Positions 51,264 through 63,254 of a stretch of DNA of 64,000 bases are shown here, piece after piece. Source of the DNA: an uncultured Planctomycetota bacterium. GTDB lineage: Bacteria > Planctomycetota > Planctomycetia > Pirellulales > Lacipirellulaceae. Position numbers and translations under genes: made by a program. The stretch spans positions 1,408,001 to 1,472,000 of the forward strand of contig CAVRBU010000002.1 of the NCBI GenBank assembly GCA_963719315.1, given 5' to 3'. The notes under the pieces are model-generated. The model had not been told where the DNA came from and searched no databases. It worked only from the letters and a program-made list of their open reading frames with translations. Each line of letters opens with the position of its first letter. Position 1 is the stretch's first letter.

Positions 51264-52469
51264 TTACTTCACGCGCGCCATCTGCTTCAAGAATTCCTGC
51301 TCGAGCCTGCGGGGGTCGCCGAAGTGTTTTCGGAATTCGGCGAGCCGCGTTTCGGGCGTGTCGTCAATGAGGGGCCGCTTCTCGGCTAGCACCTTGAGAT
51401 ATTGGGTGTACGCCTTGGGCTGGTACTTGATGAGATAATAGTTAAGGGCCCAGGCATCGGCGTACGCGTCGACGGCCGTCTTCGGGTCGCGGAAGCGGCG
51501 ACTGTCGCGGAGCATCGATTCAAGTGAGTTGTCGTTCCAACTCGAGATGTTTTTACGGAATGTTTCCAAACGAGGGTAGTTCACGCGGCCGATGCCGCGC
51601 CAACCGCGGGTGCTGGTTAGGTCGGGCGCCTCGAAGTACACGGCCATTCCTTCACAAAGCCAAAGCGGGATATCGGCGTAGCGCTGCTGCAGACCGCAAT
51701 TGAAGGCGATCTGGTGCGTCGCTTCGTGGACGACCGTTGCCACGAGCGGCACCGCGGCCGGTTGCGAAAGGAGCTGGTTGATTTCACGCATCGAGACGTG
51801 GCTGCCCGCGGCGCGAACGGCCTCAACGCCCGTGAGATCGAACATGTTGATCCGGTTCGAGCGGAGGCTGTAGAAGCCGATGATGTTGCCGGTGCCGCCG
51901 GGCAGGTCCTCGCGGCTGGCCTGGTCGTACTCCTGCCGCTTCGCGAACAGAAACACGGGGAGAGGGAACTCCGGTTCGTGCAACTCGATCCCCTGGCCTT
52001 GCCAGTAGTTGGTGAACGCCTTGTACAACCGCTCTAGCAGCGAACTGGTCCACTGGGCGTAGGTCCGCGACGTGTTGTAGACGATTACATAGTGCGGCGT
52101 CGTGTAACTGCGAAAGCCGGCCGGCATTTCGGACAGCAGTCGCTCGGACATCGCCGCCGCCACGAGCGGCTTGAAGGGCGTATTGAGCCTGGTTCGATGC
52201 TGCTGCTCGCCGCGCTCGATCGACCACAGCTCGCCGTCGGCGGACTCGAGCAGAATGCCGCCGTCGGCCGCCTCGGTGACGACCCGACCGGCAATCGATT
52301 TGTCCTGACCATCGCGGACGAATTCAACCAACTCGAAATTCGCTTCGATCGTCGATTCGTCTGCCGCCGGACTCGGCTTGGCGGCAATCGCGATTTTCTG
52401 ACCGGTCCAGATGATCGAAATCGCGCCAAACGACAAGGCGATCAGCGTTTTTATGGCGACGCGCTTCAT
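51264..52469 (-). CDS. DUF1570 domain protein (HEXXH zincin-like)
   Basis: HEATHQIAFN, PLWLCEGMAVYFE, YADAWAL; signal peptide. Confidence 0.85.
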   Translation of the reverse strand: MKRVAIKTLIALSFGAISIIWTGQKIAIAAKPSPAADESTIEANFELVEFVRDGQDKSIAGRVVTEAADGGILLESADGELWSIERGEQQHRTRLNTPFKPLVAAAMSERLLSEMPAGFRSYTTPHYVIVYNTSRTYAQWTSSLLERLYKAFTNYWQGQGIELHEPEFPLPVFLFAKRQEYDQASREDLPGGTGNIIGFYSLRSNRINMFDLTGVEAVRAAGSHVSMREINQLLSQPAAVPLVATVVHEATHQIAFNCGLQQRYADIPLWLCEGMAVYFEAPDLTSTRGWRGIGRVNYPRLETFRKNISSWNDNSLESMLRDSRRFRDPKTAVDAYADAWALNYYLIKYQPKAYTQYLKVLAEKRPLIDDTPETRLAEFRKHFGDPRRLEQEFLKQMARVK

Positions 52470-52826
52470 GCAAAGCCCGGGGAGCGATTCTGTGAGGGCA
52501 GGTCGGCTACATCCATTGTAGCTGACGTGTGCGATTTGCCGCAGATGAGATAACGCGACGGAAAGGCAGTTTACCTAAGCATTGCTATTGCAGCACCACC
52601 TGCATGAGGATCGTCACGACCTCCAACGTATTGGAAATGAGAAAACATATCCCTTCGCACACGAGCCGCTGCCTTCTTCCAACGGAGGCAACGGTGCGAT
52701 TGCGATGCCTACCGGTTGTCTATCCGCGAGTTACGAAAATGTTAATGCCATTCAAGTCTGATTCGTTATACTGGCCGGGCACTCCCATCGTTTGACGCGG
52801 CTTGGTTGTAGGAGAAGGAGCATGCC

Positions 52827-53060
52827 ATGCCAGCGATATCGTATTTGCCGTCGCTCGCGAGCGTGTTGTCGGAGGTCGCTGATCCTCGGGAGCGACGCGT
52901 GGTGCGGCAATCGTTTTCGGCGATCTTGGTGCTCGCATTGGTGGGGTTGATCAGTCGCTTACACGATTTTGCCACCTTGCATCATTGGGCAACGCGGTAT
53001 TGCCGTCTTTTGAAGAAACCACTGGGCTTTACCTGCAGCCGGCCCGCGCTTGCGAATGCC
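52827..53060 (+). pseudogene. ISAs1-family transposase N-terminal remnant
   Basis: LSEVADPRERR..RQSFSAILVLALVGL pattern; no DDE core follows. Confidence 0.6.
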
Positions 53061-53191
53061 GAACTTCGCTGTGCACGCTTGACGTGGGCACAACGAATGC
53101 CATCAACGACCGAAGTTGCGGCATGGCTTAGAGCCGTCATTGCACATGTACGAAGGTGTTGAGATTCATGCGAGCGAGATGGGCAGTGCGA

Positions 53192-54665
53192 TTAATTCGC
53201 TTCGCCAAACAGCGGATAAAGTTTCGATTCGGTGCGATCGGACTGAAGAATCTGATCCATTTTATTGACGACCTCCGGGTGATCGGCCGCGACATCTGTC
53301 GTCTCGGCGGGATCTATTTTCAAGTCAAAAAGCTGCAACTTGCGCTTATGTTTTGCCGTACCCGTCCGTACACCCTTCCAATCGGCCATTCGTACGGCCT
53401 GCTGACCGCCGTAGCCGGCAAATTCCCACATCAAGTATTCGCGCTTTGGTCTGCTCACCATTGCCGGTAAGCGTGGGCCGCAGGTTCACTCCATCAGCGG
53501 CCGCAGGCGGCTGCACGCCAGCAATATCACACACGGTAGTCATGAAGTCCCAGAACGCAGAGATGAAATCGGATGCTTTTCCAGCCGCAACATGCTCCGT
53601 CCAGCGAATGACCAGGGGCACGCGGATACCGCCCTCGTAGACTGAACCTTTGAGCCCACGCAGACCGGCAGTTGAATTGAAGAACGCGGAGTCAGAGCCA
53701 CCCAGCCGGTTATACGTCGGCCCGTTGTCGCTGGTGAAGATAATGAGGGTGTCTTCCCCAAGTCCTAATTCATCAATGAGATCGACAATCTTGCCAATGT
53801 CTCGATCCATATGAGTGACCATTGCCGCATAGCCAGCGCGGGGCGACGGATGTTTCAAGTACTCGTGATGCTCGTACTCTTCCTCCGGAATTATACCTTC
53901 GTACCAGGCAAGCGACTCTTTAGGAACCTGGATCGACAAATGTGGAATGATCAATGGAAGGTAGAGAAAGAACGGTTGGGTCTTATTGTCGCGAATGAAC
54001 TGCAGCGCTTCGCGGGTGAACTCATCCTGCGAAAATACCTCTCCGCTCAGGCTCTTGCCATCGTTGCCGGGGTACGGGACTTTCTCGGCGTTTCGCCAGA
54101 GGAAACGCGGGTAGTGGTTGTGTGCGTGCAATTGGCTGTAGTAGCCGAAAAAGAGGTCGAAGCCGTGTGAGCGCGGATCGCCTGTGGTGCCAACGTGTCC
54201 CAGCCCCCACTTGCCGATGGCTGCCGTAGCATATCCGCGTTGCTTGAGCATCTCGGCGATGGTGACCTCTTCGGCCGGTATCGGCCTCTGCCCTGGGTAC
54301 TCCCAGCCGTACTTGGCATTCAGGCCTTCAAGTTCAGGTGCTTCTCCGTTGTCGCGAATGAATGCATGTGCCGGCGATTTGCCAGTCATTAACACGCATC
54401 GCGACGGAGCGCATACTGGCGATCCTGAGTAAAACTGCGTGAATCGGATGCCTTCGGCGGCAAGCTTGTCGATGCGGGGTGTCTTTATCCACTGTTGCCC
54501 GTAGCAACCAAGTTCACCGTAGCCGAGATCGTCGGCTACGATCAGGACGATATTGGGAGTCGCGGACTCTGCGGGCCACGCCGCTTCCCTTGCGGAGACG
54601 ACCGCCAGGATCAACGATACGATCAATAGTAGGTGGAAAATCCGCGCCCGATGAAAGTGAATCAT
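53192..54665 (-). CDS. Arylsulfatase; frame break near 53455
   Basis: [25 protein letters not shown]; tail ([24 protein letters not shown]) in an alternate frame. Confidence 0.92.
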
Positions 54666-56221
54666 GATCTGACTCCTAAACTGGCTATTATGGTAAGCCC
54701 GGCCTGCCCATGGTCATTCTGGTTGTGTGATGGGGATCTGTGTGTGAGTCGAGCGCATCGGCGACGTCGCTGTTCGCGTTTTCTGGCGGCCTTATCGCGG
54801 GATTCTTCCAAGCGATGAACGAGAACCGCTTCGGGATGCTCAGCGGCCCAGCGGTCTGGTAACATCTCTTCGAGTCGGTTGTCGTCGGCGTGCATGCGGA
54901 GGAGGAGCTCGCGGACGTAAGTCCACGGTTCCAGTCGATGCCGTTTGGCGCCGGCCAGAATTGTGTACAACACGGCCGCACGCGGACCTGCCGACTCGCT
55001 GCCTAAGAATAACCAGTTTTTCCGCCCGATCGCCTGATGACGAAGCGTTCGCTCGGCGGTGTTGTTGTCCATGGTCAAGCGGGCGTCCGCGGTGTAACGC
55101 CGCAGGGCCTGCCATTGATTGCGGGCATAAGTAACCGCCTTGGCCAGCGCGCTCTTGGGCAGGAGAGTCTCGGCTAGTTCTGCCAAGTAAACTTCCAGCT
55201 TGTCTAACACGGGCTCTGCTTCGACGCGGCGCAAGTCATATCGCGAGTCAACTGAAAGCTCCCGTGCTCGGTCTTCGATGTCGTACAACTGCCTAATCCA
55301 CTCGAGTACCTGATGGGACTGGCGTGGGTAGTTCTTCGAGGCGTCGAAGAACTTGCGGCGGGCATGTGCCCAACAGGCAACTTCGACGATCTGGTGGTTC
55401 GATCCCAGATAGATCGCGTCGTAGCCCGCATAAGCGTCGGCATGGAGATAGCCGCGAAAGGTCTGCAAAAAACTTTGCGGACCATCTCGACGTCGACTCA
55501 TGCTGAAGTCGTAGACCGAGTACGGATACTCGTCACCGATGTAGGTCCAGAAGCGCCCTTGGCAACTTCCTTCCTCGCCGCCGACCAGCACCGTGACCGG
55601 CGTGTCGTCGGTCCACAGCACGGGAGATTGAACGACCAACCTGCGTTGTAAGTCGTAAAGCGGGTGGAGCAGGTCGGCCGCAGCGGCCACCCAATCGCAC
55701 AAGGTACTGCGCGGGAAGTGAACGCCGCACCGGACAAAAATGTCTTCCAAGCGATACAGCGGCAGATGATCGCTAAACTTGCTGACAACGATTTCGGCGA
55801 CAAGCCCGGGGCCGGCGATGCCGCGAGCAATCGGTCGGGGCGGAGGAGGTGGGCTGGACACGCCGTTTTTGCAATAGCGGCAAGCATACTTGCCCCGTAC
55901 ATACTCATGCACTTCCAGCCGGGCGGGGACATGTTCCAGAATCGTCGTCACGTCTTCGCCGATGCGATCCTTGTGGCGTCCGCAACCGTCGCAGGTCTTT
56001 TCGGTGGCCGATAGCTCAGACTCATGACGATGACGCGGCAGACGCGAGAGATCCAGTTCGCGTCGCCGTCGCCTTCGACGAGGAGCGGCGGCTGGCACGG
56101 GCTCGGTGAGCTCGAGATCATTCGCGGCTTCCGCGGCCGGTGGAGCCAAGTCGAACAGCTGTCCCTGACCTTCCCCGTCCGTGAGCCGTTCACTGCGACG
56201 CCCATGAACCCATCGCTTATA

Positions 56222-57303
56222 TGGCTCGTCGCAATAAATCTGCAACATTGGTCTGGACAAGAACGTAATATCATGGGACAAGGCGCGCGCCATGAGCGTA
56301 GGCGCCTATTCGACGTGTGAGATGCGGGTTCGAGCCGTTGAAGCTTTGGCGTGCGGAATGAATGTGTCGGATGTGGCGTCGGCGTATCGTGTGGATCGGA
56401 CGACCTTGTTTCGTTGGCGACAGCGGTATGATGCGGAGGGGGACACTGGCTTGCACCGACGCGGCGGCAGCGGCCGCCCGCGGAAGTTGACGGAAATGGG
56501 GGAAGATGTCTGGCAGGAGATCGTCTTGCAACCGGCATCGGCGTTCGGTTTTGAGACGGACCTGTGGACGGTGCGGCGCGTGCATCAGGTTCTGTGCCGG
56601 GAGTACGACGCCGACATTTCGCGTGACACCGTGTGGCGACGGTTGCGCGAAGCCGGCCTGACGTATCAAAGACCGGAGCGACAATACTTTCAGATCGACG
56701 AGCAGGCACGCCAAACTTGGTTGCAAAACGAGGTTCCCAGAATTCGCAGAACGGTCAAGAAATACCGGGCGATTCTGTACTTTCAGGACGAATCGAACAT
56801 TTCGCTGACAGCACTGTTGGGCAAGACCTGGGCGCCCTGCGGCGAAACACCGACGGTGCCGGTGACCGGCAAGCGCGGCGGCGTTGCTGCGATGTCTGCG
56901 ATCAGTGGCCGAGGGCAGTTGCTGTTTCGATTGCTCGACAAGCGAATCGCCTCCGCCGAGGTGATCGAGTTCCTTCGCCAGATGCTCAAGCATCATCCCC
57001 GACGACACCTGGTTGTGGTGATGGACCAAGCTCCGCCGCATACATCGAAGGCCACGCAGACGTACGTCAAAGGTCAGCCGCGCTTGCATGTATTCCACCT
57101 GCCGAAGTATTCGCCCGACTGGAACCCCGACGAGAAGGTCTGGAACCATCTCAAACATCAAGAACTCACCGCTCATCAAGCACGCACCAAAGAAGAACTC
57201 CGCAAACTCACCAAACGCAAGCTCACACGGATGTCCAATAACCCTTCGCTAATTCGCGGAATCTTCTTCCGTTGTTGTGTTGCAGATTTTTTCGGATGAG
57301 CCA
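56222..57303 (+). mobile_element. IS630-family element
   Basis: IR TGGCTCGTCGCAATAAATCTGCAACA / TGTTGCAGATTTTTTCGGATGAGCCA; TA duplication. Confidence 0.92.
56292..57299 (+). CDS. IS630 transposase, intact
   Basis: HTH, FQDES, VMDQAPPH, LPKYSPDWNPDE. Confidence 0.95.
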   Translation: MSVGAYSTCEMRVRAVEALACGMNVSDVASAYRVDRTTLFRWRQRYDAEGDTGLHRRGGSGRPRKLTEMGEDVWQEIVLQPASAFGFETDLWTVRRVHQVLCREYDADISRDTVWRRLREAGLTYQRPERQYFQIDEQARQTWLQNEVPRIRRTVKKYRAILYFQDESNISLTALLGKTWAPCGETPTVPVTGKRGGVAAMSAISGRGQLLFRLLDKRIASAEVIEFLRQMLKHHPRRHLVVVMDQAPPHTSKATQTYVKGQPRLHVFHLPKYSPDWNPDEKVWNHLKHQELTAHQARTKEELRKLTKRKLTRMSNNPSLIRGIFFRCCVADFFG

Positions 57304-57599
57304 TACAGGCCAACTCTTCCAATGTCACCGCGTGCTCCTCTCGGAGCTGCTCGAATGAAGCGGCTGTTTCATCCAGCACGCGGCCGAGGTCGGTCACTTG
57401 TCGCTGAGACTCAGTGGCCTGTTCGGCAGCTTGGGCCTTCCGCTCCGCGTCGGCGAGTCGACGCTCATGCTAGGTAGCTTCTCGAAAAGCGGCCAACAAC
57501 AGACGTTGGCACTGATCCAGGTCGTTCGGCAAGAAGGCGGCGTCATTCATTACGCCCACTGTTGTAGCGACTTCTACCGATGGCGGAAGAGTGCTTTAG

Positions 57600-57960
57600 A
57601 AAAATATTTAACCCACGCGGCGATACCGCCTTCGCAGACGCCCCGTTCTCGAATCGAGTCCCGTTAAGGAGTCGGTTCAACTGGAGATTCGTCCAGTTCG
57701 ATGCCGTGCTTGCCTGCGGCGGACCTGGGCAGCTGGAAGGTTCCGGCCTCCAATCGCTTGTAAAAGATCGCGAGACCGTCGTGATCCCAGAATAGGATCT
57801 TGAGTCGATCACGCTGGCGACTGAAGAACAAGAACAAGAGACCAGAGAGCGGGTCTTCGTCGAAGATCAGTTGGGTGAGCCCCATCAGCGTATCGAAGCT
57901 GTAATTCATCTTCGTCGGTATGGTGCACAAGAACACACGAATCTCGGAAAGTTCGATCAC
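57600..57960 (-). pseudogene. tnpB: IS66 TnpB accessory protein (3' end approximate, frameshifted)
   Basis: LFLFFSRQRDRLKILFWDHDGLAIFYKRLEAGTF. Confidence 0.85.
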
Positions 57961-58328
57961 GACTCGGGCGCCTTCCAGGGACGCAAGGAACGGACCACGC
58001 GGACGACGGCCACCAGCACGCCTCGACTCACGTCGGCGGGCAAGCGGACCACGCCCCCGTTGGGCAACTCGATCTCGATGCGGGACTTTTTCAACGAGAT
58101 GGGCAGGAACAGCGCGTAGGTCGAAACGTTCTGCCACGACTAGGCGGCATCCGCCTGCAGTGTTTCGGGGATGCCCTTGTCGAGTCGCCGCTTCTAGCGG
58201 AAAAAAGATGATCGCGAAATGCCTTCCTGCAGACAGAATACGTCCAGGCTGGTCTCACTCGTCTGGTATCTTTCCAGGCGACCCTGCCACTCTAGATAAT
58301 CCTCGACGATGCTCGGTGGACGACCCAT
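57957..58328 (-). pseudogene. tnpA: IS66 TnpA HTH protein with internal stop
   Basis: W..RLERYQTS...FCLQEGISRSSFFR*; IEIELPNG-type tail. Confidence 0.7.
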
Positions 58329-59009
58329 CGGCTCGTCTCCTGAGTGAATATGCATGACAAAACCCCAGGATATGAAAAACTCGTCAAGTATAGGCTACCG
58401 CGAACGCTTACCTATTATGTCGATCTTAAGGGCGAGCACATTATTGTGGTCGAATGCCATTTTCAATTCTGATACTTCATTGTAATTGGCTGGCACGATT
58501 TGCTGATTCTTTTCGATCATTTGGCCAGGGCTTCGATATCGCGACGTGTTCTGCCGCAACTGACTGCCCAGCAGCCGAATTTCAAATAGGTAATACCGTC
58601 CGGACGATGACACTGGTTTAGCGGAAAAGGTGGTAGCTCCTTCTCCCGGAAGTAATAATTCCGGCGTTTTCATTTCTCGAAATGAAGGGGTTCATCAGCA
58701 TGTCACGAACTTATCCGAAGCCCTCTCGAATCCGCAAGTCACAGACCGGCCGTGGCGAGCAGCACCGTGGAGTCGCCAAATCAAACAGCAGGCGCGGGCG
58801 CTGTCCGCGCTGCCCCTGGCACGGCCTCAGACGAGGTGGGCAGCCAGATGGCAGCCAATTTCGCGGCCGGAGCAGGCCCGTGTTGGCTGGTCGTGGCTCG
58901 AAGGAATCTCGGCGAGCGGCGGAAGCGCAAGACGCGAAACCCTCGCTGGAGCGAGGGTTATGACACCAACGGTCAGCCAGAGTCACCCTCTGGCACAGAA
59001 GTTGATCAG

Positions 59010-59029
59010 TGGAGGCGGCGGGAATCGAA
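59010..59029 (-). other. tmRNA (ssrA) 3'-end fragment, probable att site
   Basis: Minus strand TTCGATTCCCGCCGCCTCCA with no preceding T-stem; flanked by tandem repeats GGACGTATGCA x2 and GGCAGCCA x2. Confidence 0.7.
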
Positions 59030-59295
59030 ACCTTCGACTTTGAACATACGTGCCGTGCAAAACGGGCACCGAACGGTCGGACGTATGCAGGGACGTATGC
59101 AAATCCGTTCTCTGTAACGTAGTCCGAGCTTCTTCGTGATTCGGGAAAACACGAGTCGTGCGGGCGGCTGGCAAGCCAAATGAATCGCAAGTATGGCCAG
59201 GGAAGCCGAAGACGAGGCTCACCAATATAATTGGGCTGAAATGAGCCGGCCGCAGTTCGACGGAAGGCTGATGGCCGGAGCATCCGGCTCGATTA

Positions 59296-59733
59296 TTATA
59301 GCTCTAAATCCCGTCGTAGCTGCTCGCATACGGCAACCGCATCTTTAAAATCCTTCTCCGATGTACACTTAATAATCACAGTGGGGGCAAGCCCTACTGC
59401 AGCTTTTGATACGTCCATGCCTAACCCAGGAGCAATCGGAGTTGGCGTCTCAGTCAGCTCGCCAATAGCTTCGACAGTACCGTCAGCAGCAGTACCCCCG
59501 AAGCCCTCCCACGAATCATAAACCCCACCCCCTTCCCTAAACCAACCAAACCATCGCCAAAGCCCACTTGGATCAATGTACCCAGTCGGCTGATTCCCCA
59601 CATACCGATACAAATTCGCATCGCCGCCGGCGAACCCGATCGGGTCTTCGCTCAGCCAGCGGCCAACCTGTGGATCATACCACCGGTTGAGGTTGTTCTG
59701 CAAACCGGTGTCCCGATCGAAGAGCCTCGCCGC
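59296..59733 (-). pseudogene. Orphan RHS core end plus short C-terminal tip
   Basis: FDRDTGLQNNLNRWYDPQVGRWLSEDPIGF..NLYRYVGNQP..DPSGL. Confidence 0.85.
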
Positions 59734-59798
59734 CTAGGTCCTTGTAATTTGTTCCCCGTTTTCTTGTTGCTCACACGAGCAAGAAAGGAGATGTCACG

Positions 59799-60044
59799 AT
59801 GTCCGAAAATAATCGACCCGTGCATCAAGTCCGTATCGGACGAATTAAGGCCGCCGTCTTTGAGAATGGCGACAACGCTCCTCGCAAGGTCCAGTTCACC
59901 GCCCTCTACAAAGAAGGAGATGAATGGCGAGGTTCAGCCAGTTTTACTCGCGAAGACTTACCGCTGCTTGCCAAAGTTGCGGACCAAGTCCACTCGTACT
60001 TGTACGAGAAGAACGGGCAAAACGGTTCTTCCGACGCGTTCTAA
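59799..60044 (+). CDS. Small mobile-element-associated hypothetical protein
   Basis: 81 aa with strong AAGGAG RBS; PVHQVRIGRIKAAVFEN..LYKEGDEW..SF.REDL. Confidence 0.7.
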   Translation: MSENNRPVHQVRIGRIKAAVFENGDNAPRKVQFTALYKEGDEWRGSASFTREDLPLLAKVADQVHSYLYEKNGQNGSSDAF

Positions 60045-60332
60045 GGTTTCTTGAGGCCACCCATGCACCACCGGCCTCCCAAAGCATAGACGTTACTCGC
60101 CCAATCTACGTGAGATGCGATAACCCAGGAGTGTCATTCCTGGGTTGGATAGCCAATTGCCATCGGAGCCACTGGTTGAGGGGCCGATGGACCTTTGGAA
60201 GGCTTCGCAACCTGCGTCGGTGTTTCACTCCTTACGCACGAAAAATAGCGTCCGAACCAGCAAAAATGGTGTGACGACCAACGGAAAAGGATTGTTCGTG
60301 CAGCCATAAGCACTTGGCATAGATAGGCTTAG

Positions 60333-61888
60333 CAGCCTGTTGAAGAAGTCTCCTTTGGATAGACTTTCGCTAACGACGGCATGGCGCTAAATTGTCGCCT
60401 GCGGTTGGCGTGGATGCCAGTGAAAGAGCGATTATTGTTTTGCTCAGGCATCCGCAGAGCCGAATTGAGGAGATCACGGATGGCGTTGGGACACCGCAAC
60501 CAAGAGCAGCAGTCGTCCTTCTGGATCCCGGTGGACCAGTTGCCGCGGTCGGAAGGGCATGTGTTTTACGGCAAGCTCAATCAATTGCTGCGAGCAGCCG
60601 GCTTCGACGAGTTCGTCGAAAGGCTCTGTGAGCCGTACTATCACGAAACGATGGGGCGGCCCGGCATTCCGCCGGGCGTCTACTTCCGGATGCTGTTGGT
60701 GGGCTACTTCGAGGGCCTCGGCTCGCAACGGGGCATCGCCTGGCGGTGTGCCGACAGTCTCAGCTTGCGAGAATTTCTGGGCGTCCCGCTCGGCGAAGAG
60801 ACGCCTGACCATTCGAGCCTGACGCGGGTCCGCGACCGACTGCCGTTGTCGGTTCATCGGCAAGTATTCTGCTTCGTGCTCGAGGTGGCTGAGCAGCAAG
60901 GCCTGCTCGCCGGCAAGACGGTGGGCGTCGACGCCACGACCCTGGAGGCCGACGCGGCCATGAAGAGCATCGTCAGGCGCGACACGGGCGAGGACTGGCA
61001 GGAGTATGTTCGGCGTCTGATGCAGGAAGCAGGCCAGATCGAGCCGGGCGACGAACCCTCAGCCGAGGAGATTGCTCGGTTCGATCGCCAGCGCAAGGAC
61101 AAAAAGGTCTCGAACCAAGAATGGCAGAGCGAAACCGACCCGGACAGCCGGATCACCCGGATGAAGGACGGCCGCACGCATCTGGCCTACAAGGCCGAAC
61201 ACGTCGTCGATCTGGACACGGAGCTGATCCTGGCGGCCGAGATTTATCACGCCAACGCGGCCGACGTGGACACGATCGGCCCGAGCCTCAGCCAGCGCAA
61301 GACAACTTGATTCAAGCCGACAGCGACGCGGACATCGAGGAGACGGTGGCGGACAAAGGCTACTCGGGGAACGAGACGCTGGCCGAATTGGAATTCACCG
61401 AGGGTCTACGAACGTACATCGCCGAACCACAGCACGCGCATCGTCGCAATTGGAAAAACAAAGCGGACGAAGAGCGTCGGGCGGTGACGGGCAACCGCCG
61501 CCGGGTCAAAGGAAAGCGAGGACGTGCTCTACAGCGCGAGAGGAGTGAGAAGGTCGAGCGGAGTTTCGCCCACGTCTGCGAGACGGGCGGCAGTCGGCGA
61601 ACGTGGCTGCATGGTATCGAGAAAGTGAGAAAGCGATACCTGACGTCGGCCATGGCACGCAATCTGGGCCTCGTCCTGCGCCACTTGTTCGGAATCGGCA
61701 CGGCCAGGAGCCTGCAAGGGGAACGGCGGGCTTGCCGACGCCTTGCATGTTGTGTTGTTTAACACCCTGGCCGCGCTGGAGCGTCTGCTGACGCCCACGC
61801 CGCCGACCGGCCGACAAAAATCAACCATCAACCAACCGCTCGCGTTGGCTGCCTAAAATCACCAAATACCAACTTCTTCAACAGGCTG
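60333..61888 (+). mobile_element. IS1182-like insertion sequence
   Basis: IR CAGCCTGTTGAAGAAGT / ACTTCTTCAACAGGCTG; TTAG duplication. Confidence 0.9.
60480..61856 (+). CDS. Transposase (DUF772 + DDE); frame breaks near 61295 and 61720
   Basis: GRPGIPPGVYFRML, PDHSSL, VDATT, TDPDSR, ADKGY, VERSFAH. Confidence 0.88.
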
Positions 61889-62049
61889 TTAGGCAAGAAT
61901 GACACTCGTATTTCAACCGTCTGCCCCATTAGACTATAGGCTTCGAATCGCTAGTAACTTTCGTCAGATAATTGGCGAGTATGTGCGGTTCCTCAGTCTT
62001 AACACCGAAGACCAATTCATCAACAACAACTACTACATACGGACGCACA

Positions 62050-62668
62050 ATGGACCGCCTCACTAAGTCGGAGCGTGGTAAAATTAAGATCCTTCAACTT
62101 GTATTGTCCGCTCCGCTCTTTATCGCGATTTCGAGCAATGCCAACGCGTCAATTATTACCGGTCCGATCGTCAATCCGGCGAATGGCCACAGCTACTTCT
62201 TACTGAATGAAAACAACTGGACAAATTCGGAAGCGGAAGCGCTCACGCTCGGCGGCCACATGGCCACCATCAACGACGCTGCCGAAAACGATTGGGTTTT
62301 CGACACATTTTCTTTCTTCGGTGACATCGACCGTGATCTTTGGATCGGCTTCAGTGATGCGATCACGGAAGGTGTTTTTCTATGGTCCAGTGGCGAACCT
62401 GTGACGTATACGAACTGGCGACATTGGGGAACCGAATAACGGATTCGGGCAATTCGAGGAAGATTACGCGTTTATCGTGCGACTGAACGGTCCCTCCACA
62501 TGGAACGATGCTCCAGATGTCGAGAATGCGGGCATCTACGGCGTTGTAGAAGTGCCAAACGTGGTGCCAGAACCGGGATCCGCGAGCATTTGTCTGACGA
62601 CGAGTTGTCTCTTGCTGCACTTCATGCGCAAGAGATGGCGTGCTAAATACTCTACGTATCGGGACTAA
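62050..62668 (+). CDS. C-type lectin domain protein with PEP-CTERM tail; frame break near 62425
   Basis: NGHSYF, GGHMATIN, LWIG, YTNW, then EPNN, WND and VPEP in an alternate frame. Confidence 0.8.
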
Positions 62669-63254
62669 TTGGCAAGCAAGTTGCATGACGATGGCTTTGA
62701 AGTGGCATCGACATGCTGACTATCCTACTCAAGTGGCAAGGCGGCCAATGGCACAATCCCCTAAGCCAATCAGACCTCATTGGACGACCGATCGAAAACC
62801 AACTTTCACGTCTTTGGCCTTTTTCCGGAATGATACGCACGCCGAGGGCTGAAATCCTCGGCGTTTATTATTGGTGTACAGGCATTTCAAAGCATCGTAT
62901 GCGGGGAAGTTTGTCTCAAATACTTGCTTTGCGTGCGTCGGTCGAATGACCGACGCAGATTCAGCAAGCTGCTAATTGCCCTCGGCTTCATCGACCGACG
63001 CAGATTCGAGATGCCCGCATTCAGGGCCGGTGCCCACAGTTTGGACAAGACTTCGATTCGTTCTCGATTAGCTTTCGCACTATTTGCGGTGGTGGACGTG
63101 CGAGTCGCACATCAGGCACTCAACTGCATTTTCTGCAACTAATCGACGGCAGACCAGTCAGCGTACAAACTCCGTGCCGCAGTTCCAGCACTTGGCTCCG
63201 GTTATTACTGCGTTACAAACCGGACAGAACGGGGAGAATAGGGGTCAGAACTAT

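Larger units (their letters stand above)
54693..57550 (-). pseudogene. tnpC: IS66 TnpC transposase, interrupted by IS630 and an early TAG
   Basis: KFSDHLPLYR, TDDT, ADAYAGY, CWAHARRKF, DNNTAERTLR. Confidence 0.9.
54693..58411 (-). mobile_element. IS66-family element (degenerate) containing a nested IS630
   Basis: GTAAGC termini, 8-bp target duplication CTATTATG (54685-54692, 58412-58419), tnpA-tnpB-tnpC order. Confidence 0.93.

Noticed and set aside
52683..52700. CGGAGGCAACGG as a second degenerate tmRNA att copy
   Set aside because: The match is too short and mismatched to support.
57600..57960. tnpB as an RNA-guided IS200/605 TnpB nuclease
   Set aside because: It is the unrelated small IS66 accessory TnpB with no RuvC motifs.
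7538..62668. Many frame breaks in ordinary genes read as programmed frameshifts or mass pseudogenisation
   Set aside because: They are isolated 1-2 bp indels, often in short runs, across unrelated genes, which fits sequencing error. Reads are needed to decide.
62948..63007. 15-bp direct repeat GACCGACGCAGATTC x2
   Set aside because: Only two copies and no associated element.
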